A stretch of 54,241 nt of DNA, counting the filler, from Ionaspis alba (lineage: Eukaryota): assembly GCA_964255285.1 (NCBI GenBank). It is 3 parts of 3 records of this genome, joined end to end, with 100 filler letters (N's around TTAATTAATTAA, not from the genome) between each part and the next. Parts side by side here need not be neighbours in the genome. Positions count along the whole stretch, not along the records: positions 18,174 to 36,163 come from CAXUUL010000300.1; 2 more parts are not named here. One strand, written 5' to 3'. Numbering within the stretch: position 1 is the first letter of the stretch; each line of letters starts with the position of its first letter. Positions 22,259-33,000 of the stretch are shown piece after piece. Position numbers and translations under genes: made by a program. A model generated the notes under the pieces. That model was given only the letters and a program-made list of their open reading frames with translations. It did no database searches and had not been told where the DNA came from.

Positions 22259-24811
22259 TCATCGCCAAGTCTTCTCCCCCATGCTACCATCTTTTCCACT
22301 CCTCTCTCCCATAACGCTCATACGTCCACCGGTGTTGATCTCCCGTCCGCTGACTGTCCTCATCTTGAGCACAGGCAACATACTACTCCTTCTTCCCGCA
22401 CCACCAGCCATTGCAGTTGCAGGCCTGGTAAGCTTGGGTCTTGCACTAGGACTCTCCTCTTCCTTTGAGTTCTCCTCTCCAGCCTCATCTAGGATTTCTG
22501 AGGCTAACAATTCAGAAGACTTCTGCAAGAGATTCTGCCTTCTAGAGGCTAATGCGAGGGGCGTGAGCTTGGAGGCTGACGATGCCGTAGTGGCCGTGGT
22601 CCTAACAGTCGAGGGGGTGGAGGAGACCTTCTGCACGGAGCGAGCAGGCGATGGTGAGGTATGCCTACGTGTTCGTATGGCAAGTTTCGAGTCTACCGCT
22701 GCGAGTCTTGACCTCGGATTGCTGATCTCGGTATTTGATGGAACAGGAGAAGCCGTCTGTTCGCGCGCTAGAGGACTTGGAGGTGGTGGACCAGAGGCCT
22801 GCTGACCTGATTGACTGATGTTGCGATGTGCATAAATGTTCTTAACATGTGGGGACGGTGTTGTGATAGACAGGGGCTTGAAGTTGTGCCCAATGGCTTT
22901 ATAGTCAATCTTCGGAGAAGAATTCCAGCGTGGTTTATCAGTAGTGGAGACTATAGAAGGCGGAGGCCGCGTCGCACGACCGCCAGGCGTGGGCGTTGAG
23001 GTGCTAGGGCATGGGGAGGAGTTGCGAAGAGCAGACGAAGTTGTGACAGAACGAGTAGGATGTGGGGTACGAGAGGAAATGGTTGACTTGGGAGGGAGAC
23101 TGATGTTGCGACGGGAGATAGATGGGCGAGTCGAAGCTGAAGAGATCATGCTGCTACGACGACTGGCAGCACTGGGGTCTGGTGTCGATGAGAAAGATTT
23201 CTTGCCAGTGGCCGGCCCCATGACGACCGAGGAAGCCGGAGAGCTGCCGGGAGTGTCTGTTGTGCTGCCGACGAGGGATCGATCATTGGAGACGATACTA
23301 GATATGGAATCGCGGAGTTGCTGACTTTTGTGCATGTTGAGGTCCTGTAGTGCGATATCCATGTCTTTGATCTCTGCTTCGAGAGCGACCCACATAGCCT
23401 GTGTGTCGGCGTGGAGGCGGAGTATTTCACCGTTGATGGTCAGCCGGTCGTTGACGCCCTTCTCAATGATGGCTAGGACTCGAGGGATGGCGGGACCGTA
23501 GTGGGTTTTCTTCGCTTCGTAGGCTTCCACTCGTCTTGCCAGTGCTGCTGGGTCTTTGTGCTGGGTTCCGATGTCTATGGCTTCTTGTAGTTTGGTGATG
23601 CTTCGCTCCACAGATTCGCAGAGCTTCTGAACCTGCCTGCCAGCCGTTCTGAAAACAACTACCCATCGGTCTTCGCCAAGTTCTCGCCTCAGCCCTTCGG
23701 CGTCATTCTCCAGGCTCTTCCATTTCAGCTCTAGGCCCTTACGTCGAGTCTCTAGGTCACCACAAGCGGTAGGTAGGATCTTCTCTGCGCGAGATTGGAA
23801 GGTTGACAACCTCATTGGGAGAAAGTCAAGTGAGGCTCTTAGAGGCTGCATTCTGGCAAATAAAGCGAGCAGGTTGGAGTCATCCTGAGGAGCAGGTGTG
23901 CCTGGAGACTGAAGAGGCGAGCTTGCAGGGAATGCGGGTGGGAGACTGAAGCGATGGTTGGCCTTGTTGACCGGGATGCTACCGATTGGTGACTCCTCAA
24001 CGATTGTTTCCAGCTCTTTGATATTCAGTCCCATGTTGCCGTCGACATCTGGCTCCAAAGACATAACTTTGTGTCTCTTCTCTTCCATTTCAAACACCAG
24101 CTGACAAAGGTTCTCCATCTCCAGGCCTATATCGCCAAGAACCACATTCCACAGTTCCTCCCATTCCATAGCTAACTCGACCTGCTGTTTCACATCTTTC
24201 AGAGACTTTCTCACTTTTTCCCAAGCAGTGAGTACCGTCTCCATAGTATCGACAACAGCCTTCAGGTCCTTTGTGGGTACTTTTGAGATGTCCGGTCGTC
24301 TTTGCAACTCCTCGATTGCTGATACATAGACCTCAACCAATCCAGCGAATTTTCCAACCGCCAGATCCACTTCTCCCAAGCCTTCGCGACCTCCTGCCGC
24401 GGCCCATTCGACGTCGTCTTCGGCATCCAAACCACCTAGGACTTCGGCTGCCTTTTGTATCCACCGCAGAATCTGTACGGCAGCATTGCTCAGAGCAGTC
24501 GTAGCAGCTTTTGCAGTTGGGATTGAGGAAACGCTAGAAGACAGAGACGCCGCTTCTGGAAGGTTCAGAGACGTCAATTGAGAGAGCTGGTTGGAAAGCG
24601 AGGCGCGAGAAAGCGTATAGATCGAATTTGCTCGAGATAAGCCAAGAGGGTTGAAGTACGATTCGATGTTGAGCGGTGATCGAATTACATTTTCTGGTAC
24701 ATCTTTTGGGGGAGGTGGTGGAGGAGATTGGTCAGTCCCGTTCTTTTTCTGCATTTCTTGAGAGTATATAGGAGCAAACGGCTCTTGAAGCTGTTCCAAC
24801 GTCTGATCCAT
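22259..24811 (-). CDS. KAR9-domain protein (MigA/Kar9-like microtubule guidance protein)
   Basis: First ATG at 24811; the true start may lie further upstream. Helical core VELAMEWEELWNVVLGDIGLE...LLALFARMQPLRASLDFLPMRL...LRRELGEDRW, then a Ser/Pro-rich tail containing KPRWNSS. Confidence 0.85.
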   Translation of the reverse strand: MDQTLEQLQEPFAPIYSQEMQKKNGTDQSPPPPPPKDVPENVIRSPLNIESYFNPLGLSRANSIYTLSRASLSNQLSQLTSLNLPEAASLSSSVSSIPTAKAATTALSNAAVQILRWIQKAAEVLGGLDAEDDVEWAAAGGREGLGEVDLAVGKFAGLVEVYVSAIEELQRRPDISKVPTKDLKAVVDTMETVLTAWEKVRKSLKDVKQQVELAMEWEELWNVVLGDIGLEMENLCQLVFEMEEKRHKVMSLEPDVDGNMGLNIKELETIVEESPIGSIPVNKANHRFSLPPAFPASSPLQSPGTPAPQDDSNLLALFARMQPLRASLDFLPMRLSTFQSRAEKILPTACGDLETRRKGLELKWKSLENDAEGLRRELGEDRWVVVFRTAGRQVQKLCESVERSITKLQEAIDIGTQHKDPAALARRVEAYEAKKTHYGPAIPRVLAIIEKGVNDRLTINGEILRLHADTQAMWVALEAEIKDMDIALQDLNMHKSQQLRDSISSIVSNDRSLVGSTTDTPGSSPASSVVMGPATGKKSFSSTPDPSAASRRSSMISSASTRPSISRRNISLPPKSTISSRTPHPTRSVTTSSALRNSSPCPSTSTPTPGGRATRPPPSIVSTTDKPRWNSSPKIDYKAIGHNFKPLSITTPSPHVKNIYAHRNISQSGQQASGPPPPSPLAREQTASPVPSNTEISNPRSRLAAVDSKLAIRTRRHTSPSPARSVQKVSSTPSTVRTTATTASSASKLTPLALASRRQNLLQKSSELLASEILDEAGEENSKEEESPSARPKLTRPATAMAGGAGRRSSMLPVLKMRTVSGREINTGGRMSVMGERSGKDGSMGEKTWR

Positions 24812-25891
24812 GGTGCTACGTGAATCGCGATTTCGAGGAATCGCAGCGTCAGGACTGGTTGTGTAAATAGTCCTATGTCGTGGCTGCTCAACGTGACTGA
24901 GTCTCGAAAGATACGGATCCGATGTCAACCTCGAAACAGACTCCGTCCCGAGCCCGCTTCCTGCGAGTCCCACTCTCCTGCAACTGGTTTTTGCCGGAGT
25001 CTTGCGAGTTTCCAAGTGTTGGTTGGTCTTCTGGACGCTACCCAAAAGGTTACAAGACTATTGTTATGCGAGATATAATCTCTGTTGATGGGCACTGCTT
25101 TGGCTTGCGAGGTAAAAGTCGTTGTGACGTTCTTAGGACAATCAATGCTCAGAGAGGTGCAGCGTTGAAGCTCCTCAGCAGCCTCAGGGAGCCGAAACAC
25201 AAAACCTTGGAGCTGTAGCGACGTTCGCAATACCTTAGAACGAAGTTCGACTCAGCATTTCGATCAGCAAAAGTGAAGCCTCCTGGCAGCAAGGCTAAGG
25301 TATGTTGTGGAAATTGGGGGAAATACAGGCTGGGTCGGGGAAGTCGGCCCATGCAGCCAAAGTAAACGCGACCTGTCGTCACGCGTGGGATTGCCGGGTA
25401 GCAACCAGGGGCTGATCTGGACTAAGATCGTGAATCTGACAACGGTTCAAGTGCTTTGGATGACTTGAAGCTTCGGACGACCTTTGCGAAGAGAAGCAGA
25501 AATTACAACTGGAAGCTTCTTGATCTACGTTTAGTGGGCTGGGATGATGGGAGTTGCCAGTCGATGGGGTGTGACGTGGTGCCTTGTTGATGGTCTTGTT
25601 CATGTTTTGCAAGTTTCAAGTCGACCAGGGCAACCAGAACATGCGCGGCTTCTCTTCTTCCACAAGATACTGCAGAACATTCACCAAGTCATTGCTACAA
25701 AACATGATGGGTAAGTATTAGTTGGCTCTTGCATTGAATCTTGCGTAAAGGGGTATCTAAATAACACCTGCAAAAGCAGGATTGTCACTCCACAGCTTCA
25801 AAAACAAAGGAACAAATTATGATCAACCGTGACCATTGCCCCAAAGTAGCACCATAGCTCATCCCGTCTCCAATATGATTAATCTCATATT

Positions 25892-27406
25892 TCACACCTC
25901 CAAGGTCGGCGACGGCACCTGCACAGACCCCTGCTTCCACTCCTTGGTGATCTCTTCACGCACAGCCTTACACCACCGGAAGATAGCGGCATCAAATTCC
26001 TTCCAGGCTTCATCCCCTTTGCCATATACGACTCCCATGACATCCACCTGCAGCTTAATCTCCCACCTAATCTCTGCTGCCTTGATCCAGTAGCGGAGAT
26101 TCTCTGCACAGCGATACGGCTTGGCTGTATCGCTATGGAATGTTTTGATTTCGCCAAAGTGTCTCTTGGTCTTTTTCAAGATGGTGTTGTGAAGGCGGAC
26201 CAGAGTCAAGCCGTTGCGAAGTGCCTCTAAGAAAGGAGTAGGGAGATGTTGGCTTTCGGACGACCATTCAGGAAGTTCATCATTCCCCGTGAACGTGCTC
26301 AGGAAGAGCCACTCTCGTCTCCTTTGGCCATCTATCCAATCACCTTCGAGCCATTGCCAGCTTTGTCTGTCTTGCGCTTCCTGTTCTTCGATACCTTTTT
26401 CTCTAGCCAGGAAGTCCTCCACGTTCCCCACCCAATTCTTGATGATCTGAAGCTCCCCTTCCTTGATCCCCCCTTCGAAGTTTCTCGTAGCCATCCGCTT
26501 GAGGACATCGAGAACACCAAGCAGTTCCTCTCGGACCTGTCTTTCGCTTTTGATGATGGCAAGACGTTGAGGTTGTTCATGCGTGGTGTAATAAGTTTTG
26601 GCTGATCGAATAGCCAAAGTGACCACGTCCAGCATGTGTAATCCCTGGATCTCGTGCCAACCTTGACTTGGAGACATGATCACAGAATCTTCGTCGTTGC
26701 TCTGTGCATCGACCTCATCCTCCTTCTGATTGACGTTCTCTTTGGCTTGATTTTGAACCTCTTGTATAGCTTGGGTGACGTGAAACAGTCCTTCGTTGAG
26801 GTCCTTTCGCATCGTTTCTGCATCAGGTGGTGGAGGGACGTAATGAGATCTATGACTGTACGTGCTGACGGTAGGTGGTAGCATAATTGGGTCATCCCAC
26901 TCTCCAGAGAGATCCAGCTCGTCGACAGGACTATTGACCATTTCTTCCACGATTGGAGTGAAGCTTGGAAATTCCCGGTCTTCACTGGAGCTGGCTGTAG
27001 AGCTCTTGGTGTTCATGCTGGTCTGCTTCGGGTCTTTAGCCAACTGTCCACCTTTACCGTCCAACATGCCTGTCCGGGCAAAATAGTATTGTAGGTGTGC
27101 AATACTACCCAAGCTCATGACGCTGTCCCTATTCTTGGCTGATTCTGAGAATTCCACTCCTTGCGGTCGAACATACCCTCTACGTCGGCCCACTCCAGAG
27201 CCAGATGATGAACGAGATGCTGAGGAACGGCCAGAGAAAGTAGAAATGGAGGAAGCAGTCGAGAAGGACCGGTCTAGTTCCGGACAAGCAAGAAGGGCCG
27301 GAGTAGGGGAGGCCGAAGGCGAGGGCGAAGATGCTCTGTCGAAGGGATAGGAGGGCGAAGAAGAAGCTGCATCGCTGCGAGCCACAGGAGTAACGTTAAA
27401 AGCCAT
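25892..27406 (-). CDS. Conserved fungal protein with a C-terminal calponin-homology-like domain
   Basis: 504-aa ORF from MAFNVTP. Blocks RRGYVRPQG and SVMSLGSIAHLQYYFARTG; CH-like FLEALRNGLTLVRLHNTILK...YRCAENLRYWIKAAEIRW. Confidence 0.82.
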   Translation of the reverse strand: MAFNVTPVARSDAASSSPSYPFDRASSPSPSASPTPALLACPELDRSFSTASSISTFSGRSSASRSSSGSGVGRRRGYVRPQGVEFSESAKNRDSVMSLGSIAHLQYYFARTGMLDGKGGQLAKDPKQTSMNTKSSTASSSEDREFPSFTPIVEEMVNSPVDELDLSGEWDDPIMLPPTVSTYSHRSHYVPPPPDAETMRKDLNEGLFHVTQAIQEVQNQAKENVNQKEDEVDAQSNDEDSVIMSPSQGWHEIQGLHMLDVVTLAIRSAKTYYTTHEQPQRLAIIKSERQVREELLGVLDVLKRMATRNFEGGIKEGELQIIKNWVGNVEDFLAREKGIEEQEAQDRQSWQWLEGDWIDGQRRREWLFLSTFTGNDELPEWSSESQHLPTPFLEALRNGLTLVRLHNTILKKTKRHFGEIKTFHSDTAKPYRCAENLRYWIKAAEIRWEIKLQVDVMGVVYGKGDEAWKEFDAAIFRWCKAVREEITKEWKQGSVQVPSPTLEV

Positions 27407-27988
27407 GAATGTTGTTGAGTATGCACGGAAGGCCAGATTGGGCTGAATAGAGAGCAGAAAGATAGTCAGTGTGTCGTCCGAAGATCGTTGCAAACTTGAA
27501 GAAATCAAGACAAAGACCAAAGGAACAGGAGCGGCTCTACTTACTCACGGCAACGAGGCTGTTCACATGGAAAAGTCGTTGGAGTTGGAGATGCCTTTCA
27601 TCAGGGGGCTGCAGGCCAAGCCAGGGCTGCCGCAGGGGTCCCTAGCAACAGCTAATACCAACGCGTCGATTACAATGGAATGCTCCAGTCTTCAGGAGGA
27701 GCCGAGTGCCAAGGTAAAGATTCTATCCGGTGGTACAGTCTCTGCATGTGCAACTTTGATGCGGCATATGAAGACGGTGATTCTTTTGCTTGTAGAGTCT
27801 ACACATACAGTACTCGGAGATTGTTTGTCCGGCGACCTCGTCTGTTTGTTTCGGATGCCGGGCCGAGGACGGGCATATACTACGCTCCGCTTTAAGCTTT
27901 CCAAGATGGCGTCAGAGCTGTCCGCCCATATCCACATATTGCAGACCTGTGATTCGGACTGTGGAGCTCGTCCAGCTTGACAAAAACA

Positions 27989-28501
27989 ATGGCTCAGCGT
28001 GTATGCAACGTGACCTACCAATGATGTTCGAACGACTGAAGCCCACTGACACGAGCGGCCTACCGTAGATCTCCTTCAAAGTTCACGGCACCGTCCAAGG
28101 TTTGTCCTCCTCAAAGTAATCTTCCCAGATCCACTATTAATGACGGTGGCAGGCGTCAATTTCCGGTAACGGATATCAAGTCTTCCTCGACAAAACGTCG
28201 TTCGCTGATCCAATTCTACGGGGCCGCAGATCTTTCACACAGAAGAAAGCATCATCCTATGGTTTGACAGGTTGGGTGAGCAATACGGCTGACAACAAAG
28301 TAAGCTCGACCTCTTCTCGGGCATCATTCAAGTAAAGGCGCTGAATGCGTCAAGGTCACGGGAGAAGCCCAAGGCGACGAAGAAGCCATCAAGAAGCTAC
28401 TCAAGGATCTCAACAACGGTCCCTCTCATGCCCACGTGGTCAAATTAGAGAAGTCCGAGGTAGAAGTCAAGAGTGGGGAGAGTTCTTTCTCAGTCAAGTA
28501 G
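27989..28501 (+). CDS. Acylphosphatase (90 aa, five exons)
   Basis: Exons 27989-28000, 28069-28099, 28153-28165, 28230-28299 and 28355-28501 give MAQRISFKVHGTVQGVNFRSFTQKKASSYGLTGWVSNTADNKVTGEAQG...GPSHAHV. The catalytic Arg (VQGVxFR) and Asn (GWVxN) are present. Confidence 0.93.
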
Positions 28502-28916
28502 AGAGGTCGGAGCACGCTGTAGTATAGGCTAGAACCGGTTGTTCCTTGACGAGTAGAGAGAGAGAGAAAGAGAGAAAACGCTCTACGTCTAACGACTGGG
28601 CTATTGAGCACGCTCGAATCAGGAGTCAGCCAGAACACTTCAAGACACTTTAAACACATCGATAGATATATTTCGCACTGTCCAATATCCAGACCAGTAT
28701 CACCAGTTTCAGTCCTAAGCGCAATGACTCCATGAAGATGCATTACACAAGGCCAGTAAATACATGACCAGCTTTTTGCCATGGCCGAGTGCCACCAGAT
28801 ATGTACATAGATGACGGTTCAATGCCAGATCAACGCCGATCCCCATCGCACAGAAGCACGTTCGAGCCAATTATCAATTCACAGATAGCTCATGTCCATG
28901 TCCAACCAATGACCAT

Positions 28917-29742
28917 TCACTTTTTCTTTGATAAGGCGTCCACTTTTTCTTCCAGACTTGTCACGTATGAGTGTATTCTTTGAACCGCCGCTTGCAGAGC
29001 CTGCCAGCATCGTCGAATCAGCGTAGTGTTCATCGCGTCAAATTAATCTAGTATGACATGACCATGAAAAAAACTCTGCCAAAATCCATCCTCTTGGAGA
29101 AGGAGAGCACTTCTAAACAAAGCCCCGCCTCGTTCACACCCAAACACTGATACATTACTCCCTCTATATCAAAACATTCTGACACGCCATTTATGCAAAT
29201 CACGACATTTCCCCACTCTTTTAGATGCGTCTATCGTCTAAGAACATATGACAGAAACCAAAATGCCATTATGCCCAATGTAGAGAATCCCAAAAGAAGC
29301 GCCAGTGAACGTTGCAGGACAGAAGTCCTAGATGCAGTAACGTACATAAATGTCTTCCGTCAACAGCTCGTTAGACACTTTGTACTCGTCGAGGATATAG
29401 TAGTAAACAGCTGAACCGGCTAGGACGGAGCCAGCAAGGAAGCCGAACATTCTGAACAGTCAAAATTTGTCAGCCGCCTTTCGCTCAATGGTTGGTTGCA
29501 AATTCGATATGTTAAGACCGATGGAATGATATGGTGCTTCTGGGCTGTATAGGATAAGGTGGCGAAAGAGAAACTCACCCGCCACGGAAGGCGCCAACCG
29601 GCCGCCGCACCGGTGCTGCAGATAGTGTAGCCGTATCATGTCTACGACTCGAGGTCTGAAAGGCGCGTGATGAGCGGAGAGTAGAAGTGATTAGGTGGCG
29701 AGTGAGGGCGCGAGTTGTAGGAGCAATGAACTGGGTCGCCAT
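28917..29742 (-). CDS. Small single-TM, probably mitochondrial, fungal protein (117 aa)
   Basis: Exons 29742-29579, 29451-29346 and 29000-28917 give an Arg/Ser/Thr-rich presequence (...RAFQTSSRRH), then RRPVGAFRGGMFGFLAGSVLAGSAVYYYILDEYKVSNELLTEDIYALQAAVQRIHSYVTSLEEKV. Confidence 0.88.
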
Positions 29743-30078
29743 GACTTCGCGGAGCCGGAGTACTTGGGTTTCGTATTCGGAGATAAAGAGATCGTCGGTG
29801 GTTTGATCTGGTCCGCAATCAATAGATTAGGGGTGTGGACGACTGTGTTCTTGTTGCGCGGAAGTAAAAACGTTTAATTGTAAGACGCTCGTGGCTAAAG
29901 GGGAGTTTATTACAGTCTGGATGCGCGCACGCGCTAGACTACATGAAGAGTGCACGTCGAAATTTGTGCGTGGTGAACACGCCTCATTCATTGGATATGA
30001 TCAGTTTCACAAGCTTTACATCTACAATCCAAATTAGGATCAAATTTCATTTGATGAGCTATCAGTCTTATGATAGTC

Positions 30079-33000
30079 TCATACCAGCGTTGAATCATCG
30101 AACAGATCCGTCATCAGATCATCAAAGCAAACCTGCCTATCTGGCTGTTTCATGCTGTATGTGCTTTCAAAAGCATGAATACTGAGTTGCCTAAAGAAAG
30201 GTCGGAGGACCTTTTCCATCAGATCGTCCCTTTTCACGTCTTTCGTTACACTCGACGTCAGCAGTGGCTTTCGCTTTCCTACTGAAGCGATGTTCAGCAA
30301 TATGCTTGATTGTGAAGCTCCGGCTTCAGAGTCCAGACCCTCGGCAAGTTCGTCGACCAGAGCTACGGATGAAACGTCTGCGGGTCGATACACGGCATCC
30401 ACTGTGTCGGTAATGAATAGCCATTCTTGCATCTGAAAGTCGTCTATTCCAAGAGCCAGCAGCATATCCAGAAGCTTACACGCTTGCAGTAGGCATAGGA
30501 TGTTGAGATCCTCGTTGGCATCGGGGAACGCCGACGAGAATGCGTAAAAGAGCTCTGAGTTGACTGTAGGCCAGAATGAAGATAAGTGAATTATAGAGGT
30601 CTTCAAGATTAGGGCTCGAATGACCATGTAGACCTCGGCCCGAGTTGTAGACGAGGGCGAAGAAGCGGCGGTTGCGTTCAAAAGATCAATCAATTTCTCT
30701 TGCAACCCGGTCAGGTTGATCACAAAGGTGTCGTCGGCCGCGGCTAAGATGAGGAAGGCAATCCTCCTTAGATTCAATTGAGATTTGCGATCCGCTTCCA
30801 GCCTTGCAGAGGCGGCGCCAACACCAAACATTATTCCAGCCGCAGTAGGCTGAGGAAGCCGTGACAACAGCTCTGGCATACGCTCTTTATCTGCTAGAGC
30901 CCATTGCTGGAGGAGGGGCAGCCATCCTGTATTGATGAGACTTGGAGAGTTGGCAAAGAAGCGTGGATCGTTGAAGGCTTCAGTTACATCTCGTTTCCAT
31001 GTCTTCGAGGCCTCGGGTATGTTTGCAAGAGCAATGATCAAATCTAGAGTACGTTGAGTGACGTTGTCAGGGAAAGATTTTGACCGGAAGGTCGGTCCAA
31101 TGACCTGTGAGGATATGGTTGCTGTCGTAGAAGCCATGCGGTCCGAATCTACCAAAACCTTCGACAATTGCGGTGTGATAGTCGCTAAGACCGGCACGAG
31201 CCCTTCTGAGCCTGTCACGTTTCGGTTATCGAAGGAGCCGCGTGTGCTTCCTAGATCCGGCGTGCGCCTCTCAGACTGCTGTGTTGGAGTCGCGTCAGAG
31301 GAGAATCCTATCGGACGTATTGTCAATGTGGCCGTGAGAAGGCGGACAAAGAGATCCTAGACAACCTGTGAGTTATGTACAAGATCGTAACTGTGAAAGC
31401 TTACTCCTAAATCCCGGCGCATTCGTCGCTGGTCACCGAAATTGGTTCTATCGACCTTTTCCCCCAAAACTGCCGTGAATTCAAGAAGCCGTGGAAGGAT
31501 TTGCCTATGAGGCAGTGGATTGGTAAGAACATCCCTCAGAAACGTCATGCAGTCGTTCCATATCTCATCCATAGCATCATCATCCAGCGATCGAGTATAA
31601 GCCACAAGAAATGTGGCCAGTGCAATGTCAGAAAGGTTTGATGTCAATGTAGATTTCCGAAGTGGATCTAATGCGGACGGGTTTGTTCTGCTGTACATAG
31701 CATTGAAGATCGCAGGGATTGTGTTCTTTGGTCTCGAAGCCTCTAGAATCTGTAAGAGATTAAGAATTGTATGGGAGCGTTTGCCATTCCTCTCATTCAT
31801 AAACTTCTGCCAGAGCTCGACCAGAGTCTCAAGCGACTCAAGAGCTTCCACCGCAAAAAGATGTTCAAAGATACGACGCGTTCTGTTCCGCAGACGTAGC
31901 GAAGTGTATTTTAAGGAGGCAGAAGTAGATGCATCTGGCGACAGGGCCTCGGGGCCAGAGTCGCCCCACGACCATATGGCATAACATACACGGACTGCGT
32001 CCTTGAAGCAAAGCAGTACCGTTAGTCTATTGTTAGCAGTCATCGTCCTTGCCCTATTGCTATCGGAGGTGAAGACTCCAACGACCATGTTCCCAAAAAA
32101 TCCCTGCTGGTTTTGTTCGGGACTTTTCACAAATGGGGTGCTCACATCTTCGGCCATCAAACGCTCATGTGCAGTTGCCAAAGATTGTTCGAGCCCATTA
32201 AGAAGCAGAGCCAAAGTGGGCTCGAAGACCTCGGTGGTGTTGCTCTGCGGCTGCTCAAAAATGGCCTGAACGTTCTTGAAGGCAGAGCTCAGGTTATCAC
32301 AAATGCACTCGACTATTGGTATGATGACCTGAAAGAGAGCGGTTCCATATAGTGGTAGACAGTGACCTAAGAAAGATATCCAGCTTTCAAGTACGGGTCG
32401 GCTATTACTTGATGTGAGCCCCATTGTCATGCAATACAAAAGCTTGGTCGGAAGTTGTGAATTCTTTGCCGCAGTTGCTTTCTGATCGGCTGCATCAGTC
32501 GAAATCGATAAACTCGAAGACGAGGTGGGCACGAGTTTCTGAGGACGCCAACTTGTACCGCTATATCCATGAAAGTTCCTAGTCTTCAAAGCTGACGAAA
32601 TCGCGTCCATAAGCGACACCTGCAACAGGTGCTCCTTCTTTTCGATTGATACCTCGAGCTCCTTCAGAAGGATATTTTCTATGTCCATTTCAACGACAAC
32701 TTGAGAAAGAGGACCCACTAGGAATTGGTGAACCAACGACAGGGCAGCCTGTTTGAGTCGAACTAGTTCCTCGTTTTCATCGTGAATCCCGCTGGACTGA
32801 ATTGCTACAAGCCCCAAGCAGATGCTGGTAAGATGCGACTGCATGCTCACACCAATTTTTTGTCCTTCTCGTCGCGTGTAAGCCGCGGTAGACGAATGCC
32901 ACGTAGGGATGGTCCTGTCACTTACCATCGGTGCCTCCCGAGCTTTCAAAGGTAGACCACACGTTATCAGTTGAAAATTCTATGATACGGAGAAGTATTT

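Noticed and set aside
24812..25045. 78-codon TTG-initiated extension of the KAR9-domain ORF
   Set aside because: No supporting motif; it cannot be told apart from 5'UTR or an unmodelled upstream exon.
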